Below are positions 19,710 to 29,606 of a stretch of 64,000 nucleotides of DNA, piece after piece (position 1 is the stretch's first letter; every line of letters begins with the position of its first letter). The notes below the pieces were generated by a model. The model was not told the DNA's origin. It saw only the letters and a list, made by a program, of their open reading frames with translations, and did no database searches. Position numbers and translations under genes: made by a program. Source of the stretch: an uncultured Actinomycetota bacterium (GTDB taxonomy: Bacteria > Actinomycetota > Actinomycetes > Propionibacteriales > Propionibacteriaceae); contig CAVUFZ010000003.1 in the NCBI GenBank assembly GCA_963740925.1, positions 337,605 to 401,604 on the forward strand. The letters run 5' to 3'.

Positions 19710-21302
19710 TCAGTTGGGCGGCCTGCCCCAGCCGCTCGTCTCGTCGGAGTCGCGGCCCTGGTCGGGGTCGTGGTCGTCGTGGTGATCGTGGTGGGGCTCG
19801 TCCTGCGCCCGCTGATCCCGGTCATGGTCCGGAGTGCCGCTGTCCGCTGCGGTGCCATCGCCCTCGGACGGCTTGCTCGAGTCGTGGTCAGCGAACCGAT
19901 CGCTCTGCTCACCCCGTCGGCCGTAGCCGTGCTCTCCGCCACCGTCCTCCTCATGGTTCTGCGGCCCTGCGTAGCCCTCCGACCCGCCGTGGCTCTGCTC
20001 TCCGCCGTAAGCCTGCTGACCGCCGTAGGACTGCTGACCGCCGTAAGCCTGCTGACCGCCATACGAGTGCCCGCCGGGGTTGTATTCGCCGTAGGACTGC
20101 TGCTGGCCGTGTGCCGGCTCGCCGGCCGACGGCTCATCGGCCCCGACCGCCGGGAAGCCAGCCACGGTGGTGGGCTGGTCTGCCTCGCTCGAGGGCCAGC
20201 CGGACGGCCCGAACGGATCAGGTCCGGGCTGGGTGTCCTGGTCCTGACGCCCCCCGGCCGGCGAGGCATGGGACTGCATCGACCCCGGAGCGGCGAACGG
20301 TCCCGGCTCGGCAGCGGGTGCGGACGGTGCGGACCTCGGGCCGGCGGCCTCCGGCCGTCCGTAAGGCCCCGGTTCCGGGCGACCCTGCTCTGGCCGTCCC
20401 TGCTCGGGCCGTCCCTGCTCGGGATGACCGGCATCGGAGTACGGCCCGCTGCCCCACTGCTCGCGTGGCGGTCCGGACGGATATCCACTTCCGGGCCGGC
20501 TGGCCGGCGCTCCACCCTGGCCCTGCTCACCCTGGCGCCGCTCACCCTGCTGGCCCTGGCCACCCTGGTTCGCACCCGGGTAGGGCGGATAGGACTGACT
20601 GGCCGACGACGCGCTGGCCGGGCCCTGTCGCGACGGGTCGCCCGCGGGACCGCCGGAACCGAACGGGCCGTAGTACATCGCACCACCGGACCCCTCCTGC
20701 TCGGAGCCGACCGGCCGGCCGGATGGCCCCCGTCCCTGCTGACCCTGCTGCTGGCCCTGCTGTTGGCCGTGCTGCTGGCCCTGCTGCTGCCCGTACGGCT
20801 GGCCCGGGAAGCCCGGCCCGGCCTGACCCGGATACCCCTGCTGCGGGTAGTTCCCGGCCGAGACCGCCCTGGGGGCCGCGGCCGGCAGCGCCTGCCGGAT
20901 CGTCAGCAGGCCGAGGAGCGCCAGCGCGGTCACGATCCGCTCCGCCAGGTAGTAGAAGAGCGTGTCGAACTGGAGCCGACCCAGGTCGCCGATCAGGGCC
21001 AGCAGCACACCGATCGCCAGGCTGACACCGACCACGAGCAACGCCGTCCGAGCGATGAACTGACTGCGCCCGGTGGCCGGTTGGCCCAGACACGCCAGCG
21101 TCACCAGGGCAGCGGCCCCACTCAGCAGCGGCGAACCGAACCCGAAGGATGCGCTCGTCGCCCCGATGAGGAATCCGAGATCGGTGGAGTAGTAGATCAG
21201 TGCGATCAGACCGACCAGACCCTCGACGGCGATCGCAGCCAACAGCGCCAGCGCAGCCGGCTCCCGCCAGCGCATCAGTTTGTCGATCACCGTCTTGACC
21301 AT
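19710..21302 (-). CDS. membrane protein with ~4 TM segments and a long Gln/Gly/Pro-rich disordered tail
   Basis: RBS GAAGGAG before ATG 21302; hydrophobic N-terminal ~125 aa then QQGQQ, EQGRP and YGGQQ repeats. Confidence 0.7.
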   Translation of the reverse strand: MVKTVIDKLMRWREPAALALLAAIAVEGLVGLIALIYYSTDLGFLIGATSASFGFGSPLLSGAAALVTLACLGQPATGRSQFIARTALLVVGVSLAIGVLLALIGDLGRLQFDTLFYYLAERIVTALALLGLLTIRQALPAAAPRAVSAGNYPQQGYPGQAGPGFPGQPYGQQQGQQHGQQQGQQQGQQGRGPSGRPVGSEQEGSGGAMYYGPFGSGGPAGDPSRQGPASASSASQSYPPYPGANQGGQGQQGERRQGEQGQGGAPASRPGSGYPSGPPREQWGSGPYSDAGHPEQGRPEQGRPEQGRPEPGPYGRPEAAGPRSAPSAPAAEPGPFAAPGSMQSHASPAGGRQDQDTQPGPDPFGPSGWPSSEADQPTTVAGFPAVGADEPSAGEPAHGQQQSYGEYNPGGHSYGGQQAYGGQQSYGGQQAYGGEQSHGGSEGYAGPQNHEEDGGGEHGYGRRGEQSDRFADHDSSKPSEGDGTAADSGTPDHDRDQRAQDEPHHDHHDDHDPDQGRDSDETSGWGRPPN

Positions 21303-21442
21303 GACCTGCTCCTTCATCCGGGCTGTCCGACTGGTTCTCTGCGACGCGTTCCCCACCCCTGACCGGGGAGCCATCAGACTAAAGCGCCCCGCTGACAGAA
21401 CGTGGGACGCGGTCGCCGGCCGGCCAGGACCGACGTGCCAAG

Positions 21443-22429
21443 ATGGCGCCCGTGCAGGTGGCCATCGTTGCGGGCGGGGTCGGCGGATCCCGGTTCGTCC
21501 GCGGGGTGCGGGCCGCCTATCCCGACGCTCAACTCGACGTGATCGTGAACACCGCCGACGACGTCACGATGCACGGCCTGCGGATCTGCCCCGACCTGGA
21601 CACGATGATGTACTCCCTCGGTGGAGCCATCGATCCGCACCGGGGCTGGGGCCGGGCCGAGGAGACGTGGCGGGTCGGTGCCGAACTCAAGGCCTACGGC
21701 GTCGAGCCGAGCTGGTTCGGGCTCGGCGATCTCGACCTGGCCACCCACCTCGTCCGCAGCCAGATGCTGGACGCCGGCTACCCCCTGTCGCAGGTCACCG
21801 CCGCGTTGTGCAGCCGCTGGCTCGCCGACGTCCCCGGCGTCCGGCTGTTGCCGATGAGCGACGACCGGGTCGAGACCCACGTCGTGATCGCCGACCCGGA
21901 CGCCCCCTCGGGCCAGCGGAGTGTGCACTTCCAGGAGTACTGGGTGCGGTTACGGGCCGTACCAGAGGCGTTGCGGGTGCTGCAGATCGGCATCGAGCAG
22001 GCCTCCCCGGCCCCGGGCGTGGCGGCCGCGCTCGAGCACGCCGATCTGATCCTGCTGGCGCCGAGCAACCCGGTCGTCTCCGTCGGTCCGGTGCTCGCCG
22101 TACCGGGCCTTCGTGCGGTGCTGAGCGCGGCGGCGGCTCCGGTGGTCGGCTTCTCCCCCATCATCGGTGGCGCGCCGGTGCTCGGCATGGCCGATCGGCT
22201 GTTGCCGGCCGTCGGAGTGGCCACCGAGGCGGCCGATGTCGGTCTGCACTACGGCGCCCGATCCGCCGGTGGGGTGCTGGACGCCTGGGCGGTCCACACC
22301 GCCGACGCCGGCCGGGTCGAGGACGTCCGGGCCGCCGGGATCGCCTGCGACAGCACCGATCTGATCATGCACGACCCCGAGGCCACGGCACGGTTCGTCC
22401 GCTTCGGCGTCGATCTCGTGCGGTCGTGA
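21443..22429 (+). CDS. cofD: 2-phospho-L-lactate transferase (F420 biosynthesis)
   Basis: AGGVGGSRF, IVNTADD, ICPDLDT, WFGLGDLDLATH, HFQEYWV and PSNPVVSVGP. Confidence 0.95.
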   Translation: MAPVQVAIVAGGVGGSRFVRGVRAAYPDAQLDVIVNTADDVTMHGLRICPDLDTMMYSLGGAIDPHRGWGRAEETWRVGAELKAYGVEPSWFGLGDLDLATHLVRSQMLDAGYPLSQVTAALCSRWLADVPGVRLLPMSDDRVETHVVIADPDAPSGQRSVHFQEYWVRLRAVPEALRVLQIGIEQASPAPGVAAALEHADLILLAPSNPVVSVGPVLAVPGLRAVLSAAAAPVVGFSPIIGGAPVLGMADRLLPAVGVATEAADVGLHYGARSAGGVLDAWAVHTADAGRVEDVRAAGIACDSTDLIMHDPEATARFVRFGVDLVRS

Positions 22430-22436
22430 GCGGGCC

Positions 22437-23402
22437 ATGAGCACCCTGGACCGGGTGAGCCCCGACCGGTCGACGATCAGCATCATCGCCCCGGACGGCA
22501 TCGGCGAGATCGGTCCGCAGACCGATCTGGCGGGCGTCGTCCACTCCGCTCTGGTCGCGAGGTTGGCCGCGAGCCCGGACGGCCCGCTCCGTGACGGCGA
22601 CATCGTCGTGGTCACCTCGAAGATCCTGAGCAAGCACGAAGGCCGCTTCGCCCCGGCCACCGAACGGCCGGCCGCAATCGAGGCCGAGACCGTCCGGACG
22701 GTCGCCCGGCGTAAGTCGATGGCCATCGTCGAGACCCCGTCCGGGTTGACCCAGACCGCCGCCGGGATCGACAACTCCAACGTCGCCGCCGGGACGATCC
22801 TGCTGCTGCCGCAGGACTCCGACGCCAGTGCCGAACGATTGCGGTCCCGGCTGGCCGACCTGAGCGGCGCCAGGATCGGGGTGATCGTCTCCGACACCGC
22901 CGGCCGGGCCTGGCGGATCGGCCAGACCGACCACGCGATCGGGGCCGCCGGCGTCCGGGTGATCGACGCCTACGACGGCCGCACCGACGCCTACGGCAAC
23001 GAACTCCACGTCACGGCGGTGGCGATCGCCGACGAGCTGGCCGCGGCCGCCGACCTGGTCAAACGCAAGCTGGCCGGACGTCCGGTGGCGGTGATCCGCG
23101 GCCTGGGCGAATTCGTGACCGATCCCGGATCCGGCCCTGGACTTGACAGTGGTGGCGACTCGGGAGCCCGTCCGACCGCGCGCGATCTGGTCCGGCCCGG
23201 CAGTGAGGACCTGTTCCGGATGGGCGTCCGCGAGTCGGTCCTCCATGCGGTGCTGACCGCACTCGGCCGCCAGGACGACTACGAGCGGATCGTCCGGATC
23301 GAAGAGCCCGACGAACTCCGCGCCGCCGTCCTCGGCGAGGGTGTCGAACCGGAGGAACGAGCGCTGGTCGAACGGCTGCTGGACACGCTGCCGGTCTGGT
23401 AA
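22437..23402 (+). CDS. cofE: coenzyme F420-0:L-glutamate ligase
   Basis: DGDIVVVTSKILSK.EGR, AGIDNSN, VSDTAGRAWRIGQTD.AIG and DELAAAADLVK. Confidence 0.92.
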   Translation: MSTLDRVSPDRSTISIIAPDGIGEIGPQTDLAGVVHSALVARLAASPDGPLRDGDIVVVTSKILSKHEGRFAPATERPAAIEAETVRTVARRKSMAIVETPSGLTQTAAGIDNSNVAAGTILLLPQDSDASAERLRSRLADLSGARIGVIVSDTAGRAWRIGQTDHAIGAAGVRVIDAYDGRTDAYGNELHVTAVAIADELAAAADLVKRKLAGRPVAVIRGLGEFVTDPGSGPGLDSGGDSGARPTARDLVRPGSEDLFRMGVRESVLHAVLTALGRQDDYERIVRIEEPDELRAAVLGEGVEPEERALVERLLDTLPVW

Positions 23403-23430
23403 CCGGACGCCGGTCCCCTGGCCGGTCGGA

Positions 23431-24510
23431 TCAGGCGTAGGAGTGACCGAGCCGCTGCGTCACCTCGGCCAGCAGTTCCTTGATCCGCTCGGCCTCGCTC
23501 ATCGGACAGACCAGCGTGATCTCCGCGGTCTGCACGATCACCATCCCGCTCAACCCGACCACCGCGACCACCCGTCCGTCCTCGGTCTTGTTGATCACCA
23601 GGTTGTCGTGGGAGTCGACCAGCACGCTGGCCCCGGAGAGCGCGTTGCCGGCCGGGTCGCGGGGCATCTGCTCACCGAGGGCCTGGAACCCGCCGACGTC
23701 GTGCCAGGTGATCGGCAGCCGGATGGCCAGCACCTCGGCCGTCCCCTTGCCCTGCGAGACCGGCTCCATCACCGCGTAGTCGACGCTGATCCGCTCCAGC
23801 TGGGGGTAGAGCTCGGCCAACCGGGTCGGATCGGCGGCGACCGTGGTGACGATGTCGTAGGTCTGCGGTACCAGGATCCGCAGCTGGTCGAGCAGGGTCT
23901 GCGCCCGCCAGACGAACATGCCGGAATTCCACCAGTACTCACCCGAGGCCAGGTAGCTCTCTGCGGTCGGCCGGTCGGGCTTCTCCCGAAAGCTGGCCAC
24001 TGCGGCCACGTCGGGGAACTCGGCCAGCGCCGGGCCACGCTGCAGATAGCCGAACCCCGTGTGCGGAGTGCTGGGTACGACCCCGAAGGTGATCAGTGCG
24101 TTCGTCCGGGTCTCGGCCACGGTGAACGCCTCCCGGAGCGAATCGCGGAGCTGACCGGCCGGGTTCATGATGTGGTCCGACGTCATCATCGCCACCACCG
24201 CGTCCGGATCCCGGGCGGCCAGGATCGCCGCCGGCCAGGCCACCGCGTTCAACGAATCGCGGCCGACAGGTTCGCCGAGGATGTTCTCGGCCGGCAACTC
24301 GGGCAGCTCGGCCTGGACCAGATCGGCGAAGTCGGCACCGGTACAGACCAGGATCTGTGCGTCCGGGACGACACCGACCACCCGTTCGTAGGCGATCCGC
24401 AACAAACTCTTGCCCTCGACCAGGTTCAGCAGCTGCTTCGGCATGTCCTGACGCGACAACGGCCAGAGCCGTTTGCCCGAGCCGCCGGCAAGGATGACCA
24501 CGTAACGCAT
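23431..24510 (-). CDS. manC: mannose-1-phosphate guanylyltransferase
   Basis: VILAGGSGKRLWPLSR..PKQ, GEPVGRDS, SDH, FREKP, WNSGMF and ISVDYAVME; TAAGGT -10 lies 7 nt before the ATG. Confidence 0.92.
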   Translation of the reverse strand: MRYVVILAGGSGKRLWPLSRQDMPKQLLNLVEGKSLLRIAYERVVGVVPDAQILVCTGADFADLVQAELPELPAENILGEPVGRDSLNAVAWPAAILAARDPDAVVAMMTSDHIMNPAGQLRDSLREAFTVAETRTNALITFGVVPSTPHTGFGYLQRGPALAEFPDVAAVASFREKPDRPTAESYLASGEYWWNSGMFVWRAQTLLDQLRILVPQTYDIVTTVAADPTRLAELYPQLERISVDYAVMEPVSQGKGTAEVLAIRLPITWHDVGGFQALGEQMPRDPAGNALSGASVLVDSHDNLVINKTEDGRVVAVVGLSGMVIVQTAEITLVCPMSEAERIKELLAEVTQRLGHSYA

Positions 24511-24560
24511 GCGCCATACCTTAGAGCTCGCCCGTCGGCAGATGTGTCAGGATCGAGACG

Positions 24561-25298
24561 ATGAAGCCGCTCAGTTCGCTCCTGCGTGACCGGTGCCGTA
24601 CGGCGGGCGCCGAACCGCTGCTCACCTACTACGACCTGGTCGCAGGTGAACGCACCGAGTTGTCGGGTGTCACCTTCGCCAACTGGGTCGACAAGACCTC
24701 CAACCTGCTGAACGACGAGTTCGCGCTGGCTCCCGGGGAGGCCGTCGGGTTCGATCTGGCCATCGACCACCCCGGCCACTGGGTCACCCTGGTCTGGGTG
24801 GCCGCCCTCTGGCAGCTCGAGGCGGTGGTCGCGATCCCCGGGTCGACCTCGGTGCACGCCGCCGATCCGGCGCTGGAGGTGGTCGGCCCCGAACGGGCGC
24901 ACGAGCCGGCCGGGACGATCCCCAGACTGGCCGCCCGACTGCACCCGCTCGGCCTCGGCTTCGACGCGCCACTGCCGGATCAGGTGGTCGACTACGCCGT
25001 CGAGGTGCGCGGCCAGGCCGACCGGTTCGTCGGGGGCGTGCCCGGGCCGAACGCGTTGGCCTGGGTGGACGAACACCGCGAGGTGAGCCAGCGACAGCTT
25101 CTCGAGGATCTCGGCGATCACGTCGCGGACGACGGCGGGACGCGGCGGCTGGTCGTTCCGGACAAGGCCTGGGTCACCGTCCGCGATGCACTGATCCGCC
25201 CGGTCGCGACGGGCGGATCGGTGGTGATCGTCCGCGGCGCTGCCGAGGACGATCTGCGTCGGATCGCCGACACCGAACGCGTCGACCGGTCGGGATAG
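24561..25298 (+). CDS. TIGR03089 family protein
   Basis: PLLTYYD...ERTELSG.TFANWVDKTSNLL and HWVTLVW. Confidence 0.85.
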   Translation: MKPLSSLLRDRCRTAGAEPLLTYYDLVAGERTELSGVTFANWVDKTSNLLNDEFALAPGEAVGFDLAIDHPGHWVTLVWVAALWQLEAVVAIPGSTSVHAADPALEVVGPERAHEPAGTIPRLAARLHPLGLGFDAPLPDQVVDYAVEVRGQADRFVGGVPGPNALAWVDEHREVSQRQLLEDLGDHVADDGGTRRLVVPDKAWVTVRDALIRPVATGGSVVIVRGAAEDDLRRIADTERVDRSG

Positions 25299-25347
25299 CA
25301 GCGACGCGGCTGATGTCCGTCGGCGCCGATGCAGGAACGGTCGCCCG

Positions 25348-26685
25348 TCAGCGGAGCGGGCGTCCGCTGCTGTCCCGGGGATGGCGTCCACGCCAGTGCC
25401 GGCGCATGGCGTGGTGCAACGGGTCGACCGCCGTCCCCTCGGCCAGCATCCCGGCCCGGGTCTGGCGTCGGGTCCGGCGCAGGCTGAGGAAGCCGAAGAT
25501 CCAGCCGATGTACTGGAAGCAGAACGCGAGCTTGAACGCCCCGAGACTGTAGGCGACACCGTCCGGCGTCTGCGCGTCCAGGATCACCCCGACGGCCAGG
25601 ATGGTGACCAGGGAGGCGACGAAACCGCCCATGTTGACGATGCCGGTGGCGCCGCCGAGCCGGGTGGCCGGGTTGAACGTCCGGGCGAAGTCGAAACCGA
25701 CCGCCGAGGCCGGGCCGTTGCTGGCCAGCACCAGGATCAGGAGCACCAGCAGCGGGAACGGGACCGGTCCCGGCCAGATCAGCAGCACCGTCCAGATCAG
25801 CACGGTGGCGATCAGCACGCCGAAGATCAGATTGCTTCTGCGCAACGGATAGCGGGCCGTGAGCTGGCCGAGCACCGGCCCGATGCAGGCGGCCGCGATC
25901 ACCATCAGGGTCAGCATCGAGGCGGCCAGCCGGGGTGAGTAGCCGAGCCCGGTGGTCATGAACGGGAAGCCCCAGAGCAGCGCGAACACCGTGCCCGAGA
26001 ACTGGGTGCTGAAGTGCGACCACAGACCCAGCCGGGTGCCCGGGTGCAGGAAGGAGGCACGCAGGTCGGCCAGCGCCCACTTCAGGCTGCTGGGCGGCTC
26101 GGGCGGTGCGGCGTCGGCCGGGGCGTTCCGGATCACGGCGAAGATCACCACCGCGGCGACGACCCCGATCGCGGCACTGCCGGCGTAGGCGGTGGTCCAG
26201 CCCGGCCCGGCCAACACGGCGGCCAGCGGGATCGCGCTGGCGATCTGGCCGAGCTGGCCGAGCAGCGCCGTCAACTGGGTGATCAGCGGCACCCGTCCGG
26301 CCGGGAACCAGGCCGGGATCAAGCGCAGCACCGAGATGAAGGTCATCGCGTCGCCCGCACCGACCAGCACCCGCGCCATGATGGCCACGCCGGCGTGGGT
26401 GGCGAAGGCCATCGTCAACTGCCCGGTCGCCATCACCAGCGCCCCGACGGCGATCATCTTCCGCGAGCCGATCCGGTCCAGGGCCAACCCGACCGGGATC
26501 TGGGCCCCGGCGTAGACCAGCAGTTGCAGCACCGCGAACAGCGACAGCACCGAGGCGCCGACCCCGAACCGCTCGGTGACCGCGTGGGCGGCGACGGCGA
26601 GCGACGTCCGGTTGAAGACGGCGACGATGTAGGCGAAGACGCCGACCAGCCAGACCCCGAGGGCGCGTCCGGTCGAGGGGTTCAC
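25348..26685 (-). CDS. MFS transporter
   Basis: ~12 TM; GLALDRIGSRK, ARVLVGAGDAMTFISVLRL and GGATGIVNMGGF. Confidence 0.9.
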   Translation of the reverse strand: MNPSTGRALGVWLVGVFAYIVAVFNRTSLAVAAHAVTERFGVGASVLSLFAVLQLLVYAGAQIPVGLALDRIGSRKMIAVGALVMATGQLTMAFATHAGVAIMARVLVGAGDAMTFISVLRLIPAWFPAGRVPLITQLTALLGQLGQIASAIPLAAVLAGPGWTTAYAGSAAIGVVAAVVIFAVIRNAPADAAPPEPPSSLKWALADLRASFLHPGTRLGLWSHFSTQFSGTVFALLWGFPFMTTGLGYSPRLAASMLTLMVIAAACIGPVLGQLTARYPLRRSNLIFGVLIATVLIWTVLLIWPGPVPFPLLVLLILVLASNGPASAVGFDFARTFNPATRLGGATGIVNMGGFVASLVTILAVGVILDAQTPDGVAYSLGAFKLAFCFQYIGWIFGFLSLRRTRRQTRAGMLAEGTAVDPLHHAMRRHWRGRHPRDSSGRPLR

Positions 26686-26795
26686 CCCCTCATCCTCCCC
26701 TGCCGGCGTCCGCGAGCCGGCCCCGTCCGCTCCGGGTCGTTGCCTTTACCCGCCGTCTGCCTCCGGCCGCCCTGCTCGCCCCCGGGTCTGCTACC

Positions 26796-26930
26796 CCGAC
26801 TTTGCGACCGGTTCAGCCAGTTTGCGCCCGCTGCAGCAGACGCAAACTGCACGCAAGGGTCGCAAAGTCGGCACGAAGGGCGGGTGGGACGCCGAAGTCG
26901 GCAACCGGCTCCCACCCCGACTTTGCGACC
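26796..26930. repeat. REP/MITE-like nested inverted repeat with a third arm copy
   Basis: ccgactttgcgacc (26796-26809) pairs with 26858-26871; inner cagtttgcg/cgcaaactg (26818-26826 and 26841-26849); arm recurs at 26917-26930. Confidence 0.75.
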
Positions 26931-27076
26931 GGTCACAGGCTCGCCATGCGGCCGGCCGGCCGGGTCGACCAACCCTCGCCCACGCCCCGACGACCCTCAG
27001 CTACGCCACAGCACTCGTGGTCGCTCCGATCACTTCGGCTCGGTCGCCATCAGAGCTGGGCAACCACAAGGCTGAG

Positions 27077-27433
27077 CTAGGCTCCCGTCTTGATCGCGAG
27101 GACGGGAACGGGCGAATCCAGCAGCAGTTGCTGACTCACGCTGCCGAAGATCGCCTTGCCGAGCGGACTCCGATGCCGTAGCCCGATCACCAATCGAGTG
27201 ACGTCAGGGTGCTCCGCCAGATAGCCGAGCACCACATCTGCCGGCTCGTGTTCTTCAGCGGACCTCTCGACCAGAACCAGGTCGACCCCGGTGGGCAGGC
27301 TCTCTTTGCTCAGCTTATCCAACCCGAAATTGATCACGACGAGATCTGTCCCGAACGTGCGCGCTTCATCTGCGGCGGCCCGCAACGGGGACCACCCTTC
27401 GGAACTCCCCGGGATGGCGGCGAGAATCGTCAT
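27077..27433 (-). CDS. universal stress protein (single short USP domain)
   Basis: LVIGLRHRSPLGKAIFGSVSQQLLLDSPVPVLAIK; RBS GAAGGA before ATG 27433. Confidence 0.88.
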   Translation of the reverse strand: MTILAAIPGSSEGWSPLRAAADEARTFGTDLVVINFGLDKLSKESLPTGVDLVLVERSAEEHEPADVVLGYLAEHPDVTRLVIGLRHRSPLGKAIFGSVSQQLLLDSPVPVLAIKTGA

Positions 27434-27515
27434 AGTTCCTTCTTCCACTGCTTGATGGAGAACTGCCCCTCTCTCCGCAGGGGGAAGGGCAGCTCAGGTC
27501 GACGGCTGCTGAGAC

Positions 27516-28946
27516 CTAGGCGTTGGCTGACCCTGCGGCGGCAGGGACTCGAAGGTGTGCCTCAAGGCTCTCGAGGCTGTGGCCCTTCGTCTCGGGGGCG
27601 ACTCGGAAGATGAAGAAGATGGATACGAGGTTGATGGCCGCGAAGAGCAGGAACGTGACCGTCGAACCCAGGGCGGCGGCCGTCGGCGGGAAAGCGTAGG
27701 AGATCGCGCCGTTGACCGCCCAGACGAAGAACACTGACAGCCCCATGGCGAACCCACGAATGGCCAGCGGAAAGATCTCGGAGAGCATGAGCCAGATGCC
27801 GGTGCCGATGAAACACTGGACGAAGGCGACGAAGACCATCATGGCGGCCAGGATGACGTAGCTGCGAACACTGGATTGAGGCAGCAGGAAGACGAGGGCC
27901 AGGGTGACTTGGGACGAGGCCACGCCGATGAAGCCGGTCAGGAGCATCTTGCGCCGTCCGACAAAGCCCAGCAGCCAGATACCCACGATCGTCATGATCA
28001 CCGAGGTAGCGCCGATGGCGATCGTCGAGACCAACGCCGCCTGGTCGCCCAGGCCACTGTCGGCAAGAATCGTTGTGCCGTAGTAGTTCACAGTATTGAT
28101 GCCAGTGGCCTGCTGCACAGCGGCCAGACCAGCGCCGATCCACAGAAGTCGACGCATCCAGGGGTTCTCCCGCAGCACCTGGCCGATCGACATACGGGCG
28201 GCAGACTTGTCTTCACTTGCGAGGTGGGCAACTTCGCCCAGTTCGCGCTCGGCCTCGGCGTCGCTACGACTCCGGTGCAGAACGGCGCGCGCCTCTACGG
28301 TCCGACCCTTCAGGGCGAGCCAACGGGGGGATTCAGGCAGGACGAACATGCCGATAATCAGGCCGATCGCGGGGATGGCGGCGATGCCGAGCATGACGCG
28401 CCATTCGCCTTGACCCTGATGAAGCGCACCGATGATGGCGTTGATGGCGAACGCGAGCAGTTGGCCGGTCACGATCATGAGCTCATTGATGGTCACCATG
28501 CGAGCGCGGCCGTTCACCGGCGCCATCTCAGCCAGGTACACCGGGCAGATGACAGCGGCTGCTCCTACGCCGAGACCCAAGAGGAAGCGGAAGATCACCA
28601 GGAAAGCAAACCCCGGCGAGAGAGCGCAACCCGAGGCTCCCACCAAGAAGATGACGCCACAGATCATCAGGGTTCGCCGCCGGCCCAGGCGATCGGCGAT
28701 CCGCCCCGCCAGGAGGGCGCCCAGTGCTGCCCCGGGAAGCAGAAGAATCCCGACCGCGACAGCGGTCTGTCCCGTGGACAAACCGAGGTCCTTGGGCATT
28801 GTGAGCAGCGCTCCGGCGATCACACCGGTGTCGTAGCCGAAGAGCAAGCCGCCCAAGGTGGAAATGATCGTCAACCGGACCAGGAAACTCCGGGCTTTCG
28901 GTGTGAGGCGCTCGGACGTGATGCCCGAGGAATGACTGGCTGACAT
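27516..28946 (-). CDS. iolT: sugar porter family MFS, IolT-like
   Basis: LGGLLFGYDTGVIAG, ADRLGRR, VYLAEMAP, PESPRWL, QQATGIN..NYYG and PETKG. Confidence 0.85.
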   Translation of the reverse strand: MSASHSSGITSERLTPKARSFLVRLTIISTLGGLLFGYDTGVIAGALLTMPKDLGLSTGQTAVAVGILLLPGAALGALLAGRIADRLGRRRTLMICGVIFLVGASGCALSPGFAFLVIFRFLLGLGVGAAAVICPVYLAEMAPVNGRARMVTINELMIVTGQLLAFAINAIIGALHQGQGEWRVMLGIAAIPAIGLIIGMFVLPESPRWLALKGRTVEARAVLHRSRSDAEAERELGEVAHLASEDKSAARMSIGQVLRENPWMRRLLWIGAGLAAVQQATGINTVNYYGTTILADSGLGDQAALVSTIAIGATSVIMTIVGIWLLGFVGRRKMLLTGFIGVASSQVTLALVFLLPQSSVRSYVILAAMMVFVAFVQCFIGTGIWLMLSEIFPLAIRGFAMGLSVFFVWAVNGAISYAFPPTAAALGSTVTFLLFAAINLVSIFFIFRVAPETKGHSLESLEAHLRVPAAAGSANA

Positions 28947-29302
28947 CGGTTCTCCCTTGACCGTCGATCTGCGGTGGCGTCATCTGTAGCTGCTGCGTGA
29001 CAGATTGACTGCAGCTTGCATTAGTAGGCAGGACTTGCTTCTAACGTGTGGCTGTCCGTGCTGCGAGCATCCGGTAGCGCTTCCCGTTTTGTGGACGTTG
29101 CGCGCGATCGGGGTGGAGCCGGCGAACGAGCTGGACGCCCCGTCCGGTGGCCCTACTTCTATCCATAATGGCGCCATCCATATTGGCGCCATGGACAGTG
29201 ACGTCGCAGGAGTCCTGCCGGGTTTTGCCCGCAGTGCTCTCCCTCACACCGACATGAAGAAACAGATGTTCCCTCAGCCGGTCTGCTGCGCCACTTGCTC
29301 GA

Positions 29303-29346
29303 ACGCTAGGCGCAACAGGGCGTGCCGTCAACACTTTGTCCAAACA
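29303..29346 (-). promoter_or_regulatory. promoter TTGACG-N17-TAGCGT with adjacent IolR-like box TGTCCAAACA (29337-29346)
   Basis: -35 at 29326-29331 and -10 at 29303-29308; box lies 5 nt upstream of the -35. Confidence 0.55.
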
Positions 29347-29606
29347 AACTTTGAAGGAATGTCGGTGACGTTCTCCGAGGTAATGCGAGGTGTGAGCATC
29401 TGGACTCGAACCGACCCGTCCGGTCGTCGAATCGGTGTGGTGGTGGGAGCTGCGACCGAAGCCTGCTCGAGCGTGTCAGCGCCCGTAGCAGCAAGTTGGT
29501 CACGCCGGTTGCGCGGTGACACGAAGTCGCCTCGGCCGGAGTACGGCCGCACCGGACGTCGTGGGTGACGACGCCTCCGCCGTCTGTTCGCTGCGTCTTT
29601 GGTTCG

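Noticed and set aside
18894-21362. 822-aa + strand ORF
   Set aside because: Antisense shadow of whiB and the repetitive membrane protein; Leu/Arg-rich with no motifs.
27453-27493. Hairpin CTGCCC...GGGCAG between iolT and usp as a terminator
   Set aside because: No U-tract and it lies inside a probable operon; it could be a stability element but is unsupported.
28980-29568. Small ORFs upstream of the atypical iolT (28980-29192, 29041-29343, 29328-29552, 29005-29568)
   Set aside because: Overlapping, with no motifs, RBS or codon bias; one spans the predicted promoter.
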